Shown here one piece after another: positions 12,967 to 25,705 of a stretch of 64,000 nt of DNA. A program made the translations under genes and the position numbers. The stretch is from Stegostoma tigrinum (lineage: Eukaryota): NCBI RefSeq assembly GCF_030684315.1, contig NC_081355.1, forward strand, positions 5,880,761 to 5,944,760, given 5' to 3'. Under the pieces are notes generated by a model. It searched no databases, was not told the origin of the DNA, and saw only the letters and a program-made list of their open reading frames with translations. Each line of letters opens with the position of its first letter. Positions within the stretch are counted from its first letter, which is position 1.

Positions 12967-13488
12967 TTTTGTGCTCCTGAGATGCTGCTGGGCCTGCTGT
13001 GTTCATCCAGCTTCACATTTCGTTATCCTGAGTTTTTTGTTTCCTTAGTTACAAGGATAGTTTCTGCGTCCATATCACTAACAGGGACCCTCATTCACTG
13101 ACAGTGCACACAGGAATTCAGGCTCAATCTACTCATGATTTTTTAAACTGGTATTGGTCAAAACATTGAGACTTGTGCATTGCTGTGTTACTGATGTCTC
13201 CCTCTACTGAGTGAGATTCCCTGCTCATAGCATTATTGAGCTTGGCCAACTATTCCCTACAGTGCAAGCATAAACTGGACTGTAGTGGATTTAAACATGC
13301 AATTCTAGTGTATGGTACAGAACTTGCAAATTTAAGGATACTGACCAGCATTTAGAATTATTGTAGTGAATGTGATTAAAGGTTGTTAGCCTTGCTAAAG
13401 GTGAAGTAATGTAGATTGCAGACTTGAGATAAACTGCTGGGAGCGTTTGCAACAATATGCAATCTGCAAGGCTAACTTTTTTTTCCAC

Positions 13489-14010
13489 TCACGGGACCTC
13501 TAATTGCCCTTGAGAACATGGTGATGAGCTGTCTTCTTGAACACTACAGTCCTTGTGCTGAAGGTTGACCCACAATGCCCTTAGGGAGGGAATTCCAGGA
13601 TTTTGACCCAGCAGCAGCGCAGGAATGGCGATATATTTCCAAGTCAGGGTGGAGAGTGTCTTGGAGGGGAGCCTGTAGGTGATGGTGTTCCCATGTATCA
13701 ACTGACCTTGCCCTTCTAGACAGAAGTGACTATGGTTTTGGAAGATGCTGTCTAAGAATCTTTGGTGAATTTCTGCAGTGCATCATGTAGCTGGTACACA
13801 CTTCTGCTGAATGTGTGCAGTGGAAGGAGTGGATTTTGTGGATGCGGTGCCAACCAAGCCACCTGATTTGTCCTTGATGCTGGTGGCTGTTGTTGGAGCT
13901 GCACCCACCCAAGCAATTGGGGAGTATTCCATCACAATCCTGATTTTTACCTTGTAGATCGTGGACAGGCTTTGAGGAGTCAGGTGGTGAGTTACTAGCC
14001 ACTGTTTCCA
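13489..14010 (-). mobile_element. CR1/L2-type LINE 3' fragment
   Basis: Related to 11692-11850 and to the 3' end at 55480-55645. Confidence 0.65.
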
Positions 14011-14682
14011 ACAGAAAGTTGTGTCACTTATCTGGTGTACTAAACTGTGATAAATTTTTAAAAAAAAAGGAAATCCATTCTATAGATGCAAACATCTCTG
14101 GAAAAGCCAGCATTTGCACAATTATGTTTAAAACCTGAATAACTGCTTGTTGCGAAAGTTTTAATATTTCTGTTGTGACTCAGCGATTTTGCCTCAAAGT
14201 TAGGAATTCAAGAGACTTGGACAAGGTGTACAGAGGATCAAAGTGAAGCTTGTAAAGACACAGACATGCAATCCTTTGTTGCAACATTGGTGTATGCTAT
14301 GCCAGTGTAAGAGGAAACATATCTGATGTCATAATGCCGAAGCTTTTAAATGGATGGAAAATGTGGCTGCGTCATTGTAAGAGTCAAAACAATTATAACA
14401 TTTGTTATAATTTAGACCTCATTATACGGGGCAACTAATATTCACATGCACAACCATGAAGAGAACTATACCAAACAGCTAATTCCCACATTATTAATAA
14501 ATACTATTAGCAGTTAACTCTATGGTATGAGATTACTGTTTGTTCATAGTTATCACATTTATTTTCTTTAAACATCCCTTCTAAAAGTGTATTATAATTA
14601 GATCACTTTAGACTTCACTGTAGAAAGATAACAAGCATAATGTGCTAGCTAAGTAAAAATATAATTCATTAATGTTGCACAC

Positions 14683-14804
14683 CTTTAGCTACAGCACTGA
14701 CATCTTCATAAAACCCTGCAATCAAGGCCACATGACCGGGCCTGGATTCAGTTGGAACCCGTGTGTGAGACACACCCCAGCTTCCATGGTGCTCCATCAC
14801 ATTC
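14683..14804 (-). CDS. PIGN: PIGN coding exon 2 ([40 protein letters not shown])
   Basis: Contains the conserved PTESRPGH motif; ttacag| and |gtgtgc splice sites; 122 nt, phases fit neighbours. Confidence 0.97.
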
Positions 14805-15508
14805 CTGTAAGCACAAAACCAATTTACAAAATTGGGCATACAAGAAGGAAGTTATTCCAAATATCCAGGATGTCCATTTGTAGTCAGTGTGTTCCTGGAG
14901 TCAAATGAACATAGCAATGAGAACCATACTAAACTGTTACTCATTCCTGAAAACCCCTATCTTCCCCACTACCCGCAAAGCCAGAAAGTGACCACTAACA
15001 CATACATATTCACACACCAAGAGAAGCATGTTAATTTTTCAAACTTCACCACCAAATGGCCATACACACAGTTTGCTGCATGTGACCCTTTTGTCCTAGT
15101 AAACTAAACATTTGCCAACAAAGCAACAGTATTTTTTGATAGCATGTTCTATCAATGAATAATCCCATGCTATTTCTCTTCTAAATTAAATCTATTTCTT
15201 ATCTTCACAAGCAACAGAAAACGGAGTGTTTATTTGTACCAACTAATGTTTCATTTAAGCTCAAATATATTATTCAAATCACTACCTAACTTAGTATTAT
15301 AAATATGACAAACAAACAAAACAATGAAATAGTTAATTTCACTGCATGAAGTTGGAACTGCAGCAGTAAAACTAGAATTTATGGGATAATCTGCAGTGTG
15401 CATTTAAACACTGATGTTAATGCCAGATCATTGTCTACACTGTTGTTTGAATATCGAGGTTCAATCCATCTAAAGGAAAACTGCATTTATAGATTTATAA
15501 AAAGACAC

Positions 15509-15681
15509 ACTCAGCTGAATTAACAAGGTGTAGAGCTGGATGGACACAGCAGGCCCTGCAGCATCAGAGGAGCAGGAAAGCTGACGTTTCGGGCCTAGAC
15601 CCTTCATCAGAAAGGGTCTCCTGTGATGCTACTTGGCCTGTTGTGTCCATCGAGCTCTACACCTTGTTAACTCAGCTGAGT
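15509..15681. mobile_element. Short fold-back Penelope-like family-A element; intact hammerhead core at 15580-15610 (-)
   Basis: Inverted arms aacaaggtgtagagct.../...agctctacaccttgtt; reverse strand CTGATGAAGGGTCTAGGCCCGAAACGTCAGC. Confidence 0.8.
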
Positions 15682-16364
15682 TGATGTTTTTTCTCCTTAA
15701 AAAAGGAGATGAGAACTTGATTGGGTAAATATTATAAAAATTGGAGAAAGTAATCAGTGGTCTAAGCCATTGGTGTGAGAAGTGGGACACTTAGGTCACA
15801 GTGAAGAATCAAAGGTCAGGGCAGAAGAGGGTCAATATGAGCTTAAAAGCACATATTCATTTTCCTAATAGCCACAGCGATCAGAGATAAAGACACGTAC
15901 ACACATTCTGAGCAAGAGTCACTGGATTTGAAACATTAACTCTGATTTTCTCTTCACAGATACTGCCAGACCTGCTGAGCTTTTCCAGCAACTTCGGTCT
16001 TTGCTCCTGACTGGAAGCTCGACTGATCCAGGTCGGTCTTTTCTCCATACAAGTGTTTTCTCACCTCTCTTCAGCTCAGGGTATCAGTATACCTGCTGTT
16101 CCCCTCAGCAACATGCTCTTAACGAGCTTCCACTTAAATGAATTGTTACTATTGAGCTCAACCACTCCTTTTGATGGTGAGTTCCACTTTCATAAGTCTC
16201 TCTTGGATACAAAGTTTCTCTTGAATATGCTATTCGACTTAGTAGTGCCTATACTTTCTTAATTTTCTCTCATAAAAGGAAACATCATCTTGATTTCTAC
16301 CCCATCAAATACTTTGATAATCTTAAATAGTTTTCTTTGAAATGCTTTATATGACCAGTCATAC

Positions 16365-16585
16365 CGAAGGAATGGTGAACGTGTTTGTCCATCCTGATCC
16401 AGCTCAAAAAATGTGTCTGCACGCAATCCATCAGCAACAAAAAGAACAAGACGTTTAGCTGGTGGCGGTAGTGATGTTCGATGAGGAGTCATTCCATGCA
16501 CAAGGGGAGAAGTGAAATAAATGTCAAAAATGGAGGCAAAGAAGATGAGATGCACAAGCAAGCCAATCAGGAAAAATGCCAGCAT
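16365..16585 (-). CDS. PIGN: PIGN first coding exon (exon 16365-16623 incl. 5'UTR)
   Basis: [32 protein letters not shown]...[17 protein letters not shown] is the PIGN/Mcd4 N-terminus; acceptor ttttcag before 16623, donor CG|GTATG after 16365; 221 coding nt. Confidence 0.97.
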
Positions 16586-17619
16586 GTTTAGACATAAATC
16601 TGATCACTTCATTCCAGGAGGAACTGAAAATCAAACAGAAACATGGAATTATTTTTAGCAATTTACACAGTGGGTGCATTTTTAACTGAGCTGAATCCTT
16701 CCCCTAGCAACACCGTATCAGCATGGTTTTATAATAGTTACATATTAAATTGTCCACTTTAATTTGTACTGATATTCAGAAACCTCAATTCTTGTAAACC
16801 TTTATGACATTACAGGCTTTTACAGCTAAACAACTTGAAAAATAATTTATATTATAATTGATTGGAAATGCATTTTAAAATGTTTTTAGCTTTCTTCGTG
16901 TGTTTGACCCAAGGGTCACCATGACTTCAAGCTTGTGAAGGCAGGATCTTCATGATCATCTCAGATAGCACAGAAATTGAACCAGGGCTGTTGGTATCAC
17001 ACTGCAATACAAACCAGCCATCAAGCCAACTAGGCTAACCAATCCCCAGTAGTTGGGAAAAGCATCATACTGGACTCAAAATATTTACTTGGTTTTTCTT
17101 GTCACAGATGCTGTCAGATCTGCAACGTTTCTCCTGCCCTCCTGTCTTACTGCATCCATAGTAAATCACTTACCCCTCTATATGCGGCAGCAAATTTCAC
17201 ATTCTTATCAGTTTATTGTAGAGTTTTCTCCTGAATCCCCCTGCAGCATAGGAACAGGAGTAACCCATTTATCCCTTGAATCTGTTCTGCTATTCAATAC
17301 GATCAAGGCGGATCTGTCATCTGTTGCCATATACCCGCTTTTGTCATCTTAATAAATATTCTTGCATAGCCATAATAACTTCCATTAATAACAATGTATC
17401 AGTCACAGATTTAAAATTAACAACTGATATGCTATCAGTTGCTATTTGCAGAAGAGAATTCCAATCTTTTATAATCCTTGAATGAAAAAGCATTTTTGAA
17501 AGATCTGCTTCTAATTTTTTTTACTACTGCCCTTTCGTACTAGATTCCTCAAATCCGCAGACAGAAAAGTTTCACTTCATCTGACCCAGATGTTTACCCT
17601 AATATCTTGCACTAAATTA

Positions 17620-17890
17620 GCTCTGAACTTTTACAGCCCATCAAGTCCACACCAGACTTCCAAAGAGCATCACACTCAGACCCACCCCCACCCCTCTCCC
17701 TGCATTTCCCCATGGCTAATCCACCTAACCTGCACATTTTTGGACTATGGGAGGAAATCAGAGCACCCAGCGGAAGCCCACAGAGGCACAGGGAGAATGC
17801 GCAAATTCCACACAGTCAGCTGAGGGTGGAATAGAAGCTGGGTCCCTGTCACTGTGCGGCAGCAGTGTTAACCACTGAGCCTACCGTTCA
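17620..17890 (-). mobile_element. V-SINE (HE1-like) copy
   Basis: V-domain-like sequence (gtggaatttgcgcattctccc; gttaggtggattagccatg on the reverse strand) with tRNA-like head; related to 56310-56635. Confidence 0.75.
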
Positions 17891-18354
17891 GCTACTTATA
17901 TACCCTTGGTAGTCACTTTGTGTCCTCTTCACAACTTACTCTCCTAACTATCTTTGTACCATCACCTTTGGTCTCTTCACTTAAGTCACTGACATTACCC
18001 GTAAAAAGTCGAGGTGCCAGCATTGATCCCTTTGATACTCAACTTATTACATCCTGAGATGGGGAGGTGGGAAAATCCTCCGGGTGGCAGGTGGGTAAAT
18101 CTTGGGGACACTGGATAAATCCTTGATGGGGGGAGGGGGCGAAGAGAGAGTGAAAGAAGTGGGAGGGGGAAATTAATGCTGTGTGTACGTGCGTGTGCGG
18201 ACGGCAAACACATTGATCAGGAGCGCATTCGGCCAGACACTCTGCAGCGTCTGAACTAGAGTCTAACTGACTTCCCCATCCCCGCAACAAAATTATTTCA
18301 AAGTTAGATCCAGAAGCGCACATCTGCTAAGACACAACTCATTTCCAAACTTAC

Positions 18355-18520
18355 CTGCCCGATTGAGCGTGTCAATACCTGGGAATAGGCCCATTGGACA
18401 CAGGGAAGCTGCCGACATTGATTCAATCGACACAGTGTACTGCGCTTGCGTGGTTGCTTACCGTTGCGACTTTTGACCTTCGGCATCGAATGTCAAGTTT
18501 GTCTCCTTCGACAGCGGCAA
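18355..18520 (-). other. PIGN: Putative non-coding first exon of PIGN (5' end unknown)
   Basis: Consensus donor CAG|GTAAGT at 18355/18354 within the CpG-rich region; second donor ACG|GTAAGC at 18462/18461; the first coding exon has an acceptor, so an upstream exon is needed. Confidence 0.55.
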
Positions 18521-18829
18521 TCAATTACTTATAAAATAATAAAACTTCTGTTAGCAGAGGAAAGAAAGAAACACCTCATTCTCTGAAATTATTAACATTC
18601 TATAAATGTCGTTGAGGGTCTGCGTTCGCTGACACTCAGGCGGTTTCGTGGACGGGACAATCTGATTGCCGAATCGACCCTGCTGTTATTGGTGAAAGAT
18701 GCTGTCAGTCATGAAACGTTTTCTGAGCGCATACCCAATAAACGGTTAGAGAAGGTGGGTCGAAGGTGCGAATCTCCTATCCCACAGTAGCACTATCGCG
18801 AGATTACAACCAGGAAGACGAGAAGCAAG

Positions 18830-19244
18830 ATGGCGGCGTCTAGTGTCAATCCTTTCCTTAGCGACTCGGACGAGGAGTCCGAGAGAAAATCGCGGAGAGG
18901 CAAAGACGTCGGCGCGCCGGGTCTACCGCTCTCCACCGCACACATCCCCACGCTGCCCCTGTCACCTCAGCAGGAAGCGGGTTTCGGTTACAGCGGTGGC
19001 GGGATCAGGGAGGCGGCGGTCGGACTGCCGCTGGGGGCAGAGCCGCCTCGCGTTCCCCTGGATACCATCGCGGCCCAGCTGTTGCGAGACCAGTACATCC
19101 TTACCGCCTTGGAGTTTCACACCGAGCTGCAGGAGGCAGGCAGGGAGCTGCCCCGGCTCCGCGATTACTTCTCCAATCCCGGCAATTTCGAGAGGCACAC
19201 GTCCACTCCCCCCAAGGACCTGGCTCCTGCGCCCGGGCAACTCA
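18830..19244 (+). CDS. RELCH: RELCH (KIAA1468) exon 1
   Basis: MAASSVNPFLSDSDEE...IAAQLLRDQYILTALEFHTELQEAGRELPRLRDYFSNPGNFER; donor A|GTGAGT. Confidence 0.95.
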
Positions 19245-19413
19245 GTGAGTGGTAGAGGCAGCACCTGCAAGGATTGGGAACACAAGGGTGGGGATCGGGG
19301 TGCTGAGCAGGGAATTGAAAGTACTGTCTGAAGTGAAAACGGAATGTCATTGAAACCTGAGGCTTTAATGAGACTAGGGGAGCGGGACTGGTGGGAGAGG
19401 TAGAATGACAAGT

Positions 19414-19577
19414 GTCAGGTGAAAGCAGAATTAATGTTTCGGGTCCGGTGACCGTTCTTCAGCACTTTTGCTCTTAAAGAAGCATCACCGATGCCGAAAT
19501 ATTAATTCTGCTTTGACTCTCTCAGATTCTACTAGACCTGCTAATTCGAGTTTTTCCGCAATTTCTGTTTTTGTTTT
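19414..19577. mobile_element. Fold-back Penelope-like family-B element; hammerhead core at 19431-19462 (-)
   Basis: Reverse strand CTGAAGAACGGTCACCGGACCCGAAACATTAA; TGACAAGT duplicated at 19406-19413 and 19578-19585. Confidence 0.7.
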
Positions 19578-21804
19578 TGACAAGTACGGGATTACAATGT
19601 AAATGGCCAGATCTGAGTTTGAGGACGATATGCGCTTGAAGGAACGGGACGTATAAAACTTAAAACTCATTAAAATGACTTTGGGCATAACAGCGAAGTA
19701 CGGACGGATAGAACTGAAGGGAAATTCTATACGAGCGTAGTTGTGCTGCTTGTCGGTAACCTAAAATAGTTAGAAATCTTATAAGGATCACTTATGGTAT
19801 CAATTTTTGTTTTCGTCTTGGCCTCACAAGAATAATATTGAATGTTCGTAGGAGCAGGTATACTGTGAGCTATAATTCACTGGGGGTTTGTATGATATGT
19901 GGTTCATAACTGATACTAATGCTCGCTGGACGCAACATTAAAATTTTGTTTTGGTTTGTAATAATTTCCTGTTTGCGAACTGCGTCTGTGAATGCCACCC
20001 GGTGTGATCACAAGTCAAATTAGGGGAAAGACCGTTTGGGCTATTCGATTTCATTCTTCCGGACCTGCTGTTTTGCATTGCAGCATCTAATTCTAACTTC
20101 AGCCACTTGATTGCTTTAGCTTTAGTTATTGTTTTTTAACAGATTGTTTAAAGAAGTCGTTGACTATAGGGTATATCTATTTTATAATCCTATTATTTCT
20201 CTTAAAAAGAAAGCTATTTCTTCGGTTTCTTTTATTTCTCATCTACATGCTGTCTGTCTGTACATCATCAGAAATCTGTTTCCTCAGGGATATTGCTGTC
20301 ACCAGCTGTACTACTTAAATTTCTTCACTCTCTAAATGATCAGACTACTTGTCTGGCATACAGAACTGGACAAACAGAGAATTCCTTCGGTTAAATATTA
20401 AGTGTGCTGCTATCATTAGTCTCGGTCCCACCTCCAATCTCCATTTCTTTGCTCTGAATTTTCCCCCCTCATGGCAACTGTCTGAGACATGATGAGACTA
20501 ACGTTTTACCCTGCTGTGACTTCCAACTGCACGTTCATGTCGTCACTAAGACCATCTGTTTCCACCCTGCTGACAATCCTCAACCCAGTCCCATCCTTGT
20601 CTTATTCACTATTGAAATTTTAATCTAGATCTAGACTTGACCCTTAATATTTGCCCCAAGCAAGTCTCAATTCTAGTGTCTATAAACTGTTGGCTCAATT
20701 GAAGTCCCATTGACATGGTACTGTGTTCACTGACCTACACTGACTCCAAATAAAGAGAGCCCGTCTTTTACAATTATCATCTTTATTTTCAAATTCCTCT
20801 ATGCTTCAACTTTCCTCATCTGTAATCTCCAATCACAGAATTTGTGAATCATTGTTTTGGATTCAGCTGGCTGGGCCCTGTGTTTCAGAACTCTGCACAA
20901 GCATCTTCTTTTTGGCATCTTGAAACTTAATTTTTTTGTGTAATAACTTTGATCAACTGCCTTAATATCTTTTTGGTTTAGTTTATAATCATGTAAAGAG
21001 AATTCTAATATAAGTGCTGTAAGATGGTGTTGCATGAGCTACACCTGGCCCACTTTAAATTTCTTCCCTCACCATTTGTATCAGCAATCTGTCGTCAGCG
21101 TTGATGGTACATATCTTGCATGTTAGATGAAACAAGGGCTGTGTGAAAAATTCCATCTGCCAAGTTGATTTTGAAGAGTGCTTATTTCTTCATGATTGTG
21201 AAAGCCTTTGTTTTGGACTTAAATGGAGAGAATAGAATAGACTGTTTCTGCATGTTTGCTTGAAAATTTGTACTCCATTGAATATCAGATCAGCTTCACT
21301 TTTTATCTGAATATAAGGTGGTCTGACGTTGGTTGTTGTTTTAGCATCGGGTGATACGATAGGATGTTTTTGAAGATCTTTTCTTAAGTACAGTTATAAA
21401 GTGTCCTTCGCAGAACCAGGATGTGTCCATGGCTCATTGGTGGTGATAGCACGGGAGCTTGACCGAAAATTGGCAAGATGATCTTTAATGACTCCTTCTT
21501 CATTTTTCCATTTTACGTATCTTGAAAGATTTTTCAAAAAGCTTGGTTTAATTTCACAGCTTCAATACTCAGTTGTAAAAAATAATTATCCAACCGGATA
21601 AGCCCTTGACTGAAAAGTTCCTAAATCTCATTATAAGCTAATTTAAAAAAAATCTGTCTACTATTTTGAAGACATATTTAAGCATGGATGATGCCTCCTA
21701 TTCTGCTTAGAGATGTAACTGCAGCTGAGAGCTGCTAATAATATACTCTTAACACATAGGTTTGCAAGAAATAGCTTTTGTTCTTTGCAGTGAGTTTAAG
21801 GTTT

Positions 21805-22205
21805 CAGCCTCAGCTCTGTAGTGGTATTCACCTCTAAGTCAAAGTAGTGGATTTGAACGCCCATGCCAGAAACACGACTGCATCATTTAGTTGCCACTGT
21901 AGGGCAGCATTGATGGAGCAATGTGCTGTCTGGGGACGTTGTCTTTCAAATGTAATGTTAAATTGTGCCTCCTGATGTTAGATGTCAGTGATTAAATATT
22001 TGAGAAAGAACAGGAGATTTCTCTTGATGTCCTAGATAACATTTTATACCTCAACCAGCACCACAAAAAAATAGATTGTCTAAATATTGCTGCTGGTAGG
22101 AACTAGTGCCTAAATCACCTAACAGTAACAGCTACTTTTTTATGTAAAAGCCTGTGAAACATTTTGAGGAATGTAAGAGTGCTTTATAAATGCAATTTCT
22201 TTCTT
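21805..22205 (+). mobile_element. DeuSINE copy (degenerate)
   Basis: Similar to the reverse complement of 1060-1490; ends tataaatgcaatttctttc. Confidence 0.6.
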
Positions 22206-22603
22206 GTCTCTCTCGCAAACAGACAAGGTTAGTGTGACATTGCTCAGGGCGATGAATGAGAACCATTCAGGTAATTTCCCTGGATTCCAACTTCAAACAA
22301 TTTTAAGCACATGCTTTTAAAAAAAGCAGAATGAAGACTGCATTTTTGTGCAGTGATACCATTTTCCAAGCACTTTTTTTGCTTCACACTCCAGCTGTCA
22401 TGCAAATGCTGAACCTCAACTGATTCTGGAATGAAGTAGACGAGAGTGTTCAAGCCTTCACACTTTATGCTCTGTGTTTAGCATACAAGCTAGATAGTCA
22501 TGCTTCATGCTGAATCTCTGGGTTGTGAATGCATTATAATGCCTATGCAATAAAAACATGGTTTAAATTGGGGGCAGTTTGCAGCAAGTATTGACTTCTG
22601 TGG

Positions 22604-22779
22604 CAAAGCCAAAAAGTGGAGAAACTCAACAGGTGAGGAGAAAGAGAGTTAACATTCCTTTGTCATTGGGCCTCAAAAGTTAACTGTGTCCACAGATGCT
22701 GGCAGACCTGCTGAGTTTCTCCAGCAATTTCTGATTTTGATTCTGACCTCCAGCATCTGTAATGCACTGTTTTATGTTG
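22604..22779. mobile_element. Degenerate fold-back family-B element
   Basis: ccacagatgctggcagacctgctgagtttctccagca arm; TTGACTTCTG at 22591-22600 and 22780-22789. Confidence 0.6.
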
Positions 22780-22864
22780 TTGACTTCTGCTGTGGAGTTG
22801 TAATAAGCAACTATATCTTAAATCATCATTTTGCTAAAGTTGCCATTGAGTTTTACAAGGAGTG

Positions 22865-24070
22865 TTACAGAATCATAGAATTTTATTCTACAGAAGGAGA
22901 ACATTCAGCCCATCCTACCTGTATGGCTCTAGAAAGATCAATCCAGTTAGCCCTATTCTCCAGCTTTATCTCTACAGCCCTCTAAATTATCATTTTCAAA
23001 TATATGTTCAGCTTCTTTATTGAAGCCACCTGTGCAATCCACTCTCAGGCAGCACATTCCAAATCCTAACAACTGAGTGAAGAAGTTTCTCCTCATCTCA
23101 CTCCGAGCTCTCTCACTGACAATCTTGCCCCTAGTTAGTGACACATCAACTAGTGGAAACAGAAAATCCTTATTTATGCTGTCAAAATTGTTTACTATTT
23201 TGAACACCCAAATAAAGTCACTGCTTCTTCTCCACTCCAAGGACAATAAACCCAATTTGTCTAATATTTCCTTGTACCTAAAATCCCTCATTCCTGGAAT
23301 CATTCTAGTAAATCTCTTTTGCACTCACTCCAGTCCTTTACAAAGAATTGTATTGCTTTATAGCATGAAAATAGACACATCAGTCCAACTTATCCCTGCT
23401 GACCTGATATCCGAAATTAATCTAGCCCCATTTGTCAGCACTCGGCCCATATCCCTCTAAATCTTTCCTATCCATATATCCATCCAGGTACCTTTTTTAA
23501 ATGTTGTGATTGTACCAGCTTCCAACACTTATTCAGGCAGATCATTCACACACGTATCAACCTCTGTGTGGGGAAAAAGTCACCTCTGAGGTCCCTTTAA
23601 ATCTTGCCCCCTCACCTTAAATCTATGTCCTCTAGTTTTGGACTCTGCTACCTTAGGGAAAAGACCTTGGTTATTCACCCTGTCTATGCCCCTCAATTTT
23701 ATAAACTTCTCTCAGTTTATAATTCCTCAGCGTCCGATGCTGAAGGGAAAGTAGCCCCAGCCTATTCAGTCTCTACCTATGGCTCAAATCCTGTGACCCT
23801 GGCAATGTCTTTGTAAATCTAATCTGAATCCTTTGAAATTTCACATCATCTTTTCTCGAGCGGGGAGACCAGGATTGAATGTAGCATTCCAAAAGTAGCC
23901 TAATCAATGTCCTGTACAGCTGCAACATGGCCTCGCAACTTCTGTATTCAAAGCTACAAATAAAGGCTTTCTTTACTATCCTGTCTACTTGCGTATCTAC
24001 TTCCAAGGAACTTTGCATAAACAAGGTGCCCAGTTCTGAACACACAACTTGATATGTGGTCTAATCATTG
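22865..24070 (-). mobile_element. Two nested CR1 3' fragments
   Basis: ORFs QKRFTRMIPGMR...LGLLSLE and MLQLYRTLIRLLLECYIQSW, typical of the CR1 ORF2 C-terminus. Confidence 0.75.
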
Positions 24071-25124
24071 AATGGAGATAGGTGAAATGAAAATCAATAT
24101 TTCCTAGGAAGCATCTCCAAATGTCCCTACTCTTCCCAAAACAACTAAATAGCTGTTTCAAATGGAGATCTTTTATTGGTGCAAGAATGTAACATTCTGT
24201 TGCAGATCTGCCTTCCAAAAAACTCCTGATTAGGGAGAAAAAAAATTGCCTGGCTAACAAACTGTTCTCCACCCCTACAATGTGACTAAGGCTCAACATT
24301 ATTGCTCAGTTTCCCATGCTGATGTTCAATCAAGAATCAAATGCTAAATTAACAGGCAATAAATTTTTTTTGAGTAGTTGAGTTAAGATTAATGAAAAAT
24401 TGGCAACTTAAAACAAGGAAGTTTACCAAATTAAAACTGTTAGCTTGAGACTGGAATATTCTACATGTTTATTTAAGTTTAATATGTGGACATTCCATTA
24501 ATTATTCTTCCTCCAGCGTATGTTGTATATTTTTAAAGATTCCATAAAATACATTTGGAGAATTTAGATGTTTGCACCTGAAGTATGCAAAGTCTTTTAG
24601 AAGTACTGCGCCTATTTCTTGCTTATTCTGGATGACCATTAACAAAGGACTGAATCAAATCTCCAAATTTTTCGTGCAGTTTAAGATAAATATTGCTATA
24701 GTGGAAGGCCTTATCTTTCTGTCCAAATGAATAGCAATGTTATTTAACTGCGCCTAATAATTCTAAACAATTGAATCACACTGGCCTTTTCAGTTATTGT
24801 AGTAGTTTTTGTTCCTGTTACCGTCTTGTTAAACATTCCACTAAAGGCAGCAATACACATTTGGTTGTTTTCAGTTGACAGTAGCAATACACCTGTGGCA
24901 TGTTGTCCGATTAATTTAGTTTGCATCCTGATTCTAAAGTTGAGCAATCAGCAAGGGAAAGCATCATAAGTGTCATTGTTTCTATTAACAGTTGTAAAAT
25001 TGTGAAGAGGGGCAGGTACCCTATAACGTGTTGGATTGTAACAAAAACTCAACTGACTCACCAATGGAAGAAAAGGAAAAATTGCTGGTGTAGTGGACAA
25101 GGAAAAAGATTATCTCTGAATACA

Positions 25125-25705
25125 TCAGGGCTTGATCAGAATGGGCCAATGGGCTGAGGACTGGCTGTTGGAGTGAAGTTAGATAAATGTGAATTATTGC
25201 ATTTTGAGGCAAACCAAGGCAGAATTTACACGCTTAATGATAAGGTCCTGGGAAATGTTGCTGAGCTAAGAGATCCAGGGGAGCAGATGCATTGTTCCTT
25301 GAAAGTAGAGTTGCAGGTGGATGGTGGCGAAGAAGGCATTCCGCACACTTGCCTTCTTTGGTTAGTGCATTGAGTATAGGAGTTGAAACGTCATGTTGTG
25401 GCTGTATAGAACACTGATTTGGCCACTTTAAGAATACTGCGTTCAATTCTTGTCTCCCTAAACAGAAAAGACATTGTTTAACTTGAAAGAATTCAGAAAA
25501 GATTACAAGGATGTTGGCAGGATTGGAGGGTTTGAGCTATAGGGAGAGGCTGAATAGATTAGGGCTTTTTAAGCTGGAGCATCGGAGGCCAAGGGATGAC
25601 CGTCTAGAGGTTTATAAAATCGTGAGGGGCATGGATGGGGTGAATAGCCGAGGCCTTTAACTGAGGGTACGAGAATCCTAAACTTGAGGGCACAAGTTTA
25701 AGATA
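25125..25705 (+). mobile_element. CR1 RT C-terminal fragment
   Basis: DKCELLHF..RIYTLNDKVLG..ELRDPG. Confidence 0.75.

Larger units (their letters stand above)
11961..13024. mobile_element. Penelope-like family-A element with inverted terminal arms and GIY-YIG C-terminal remnant
   Basis: RLGDRFAEHLRSV...PVANHF...EQQLIFRLGTLQPNGINVDF; arms ~12000-12358 and ~12688-13027 are reverse complements; 16-bp flanking direct repeat. Confidence 0.88.
18180..19300. promoter_or_regulatory. CpG island / bidirectional promoter of PIGN and RELCH
   Basis: Locally high CpG density against a depleted background; ATTGG 18688-18692, CCAAT 18735-18739, TATCGCGAGA 18794-18803, YY1-type CAAGATGGCGGC 18826-18837. 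Confidence 0.8.

Noticed and set aside
16930-17048. tRNA-like sequence on the minus strand
   Set aside because: A/B-box-like remnants without a cloverleaf; more likely a SINE head than a tRNA gene
18843-19411. ORFs 18843-19331 (+) and 18962-19411 (-)
   Set aside because: Shadow frames of GC-rich RELCH exon 1 with no recognisable protein
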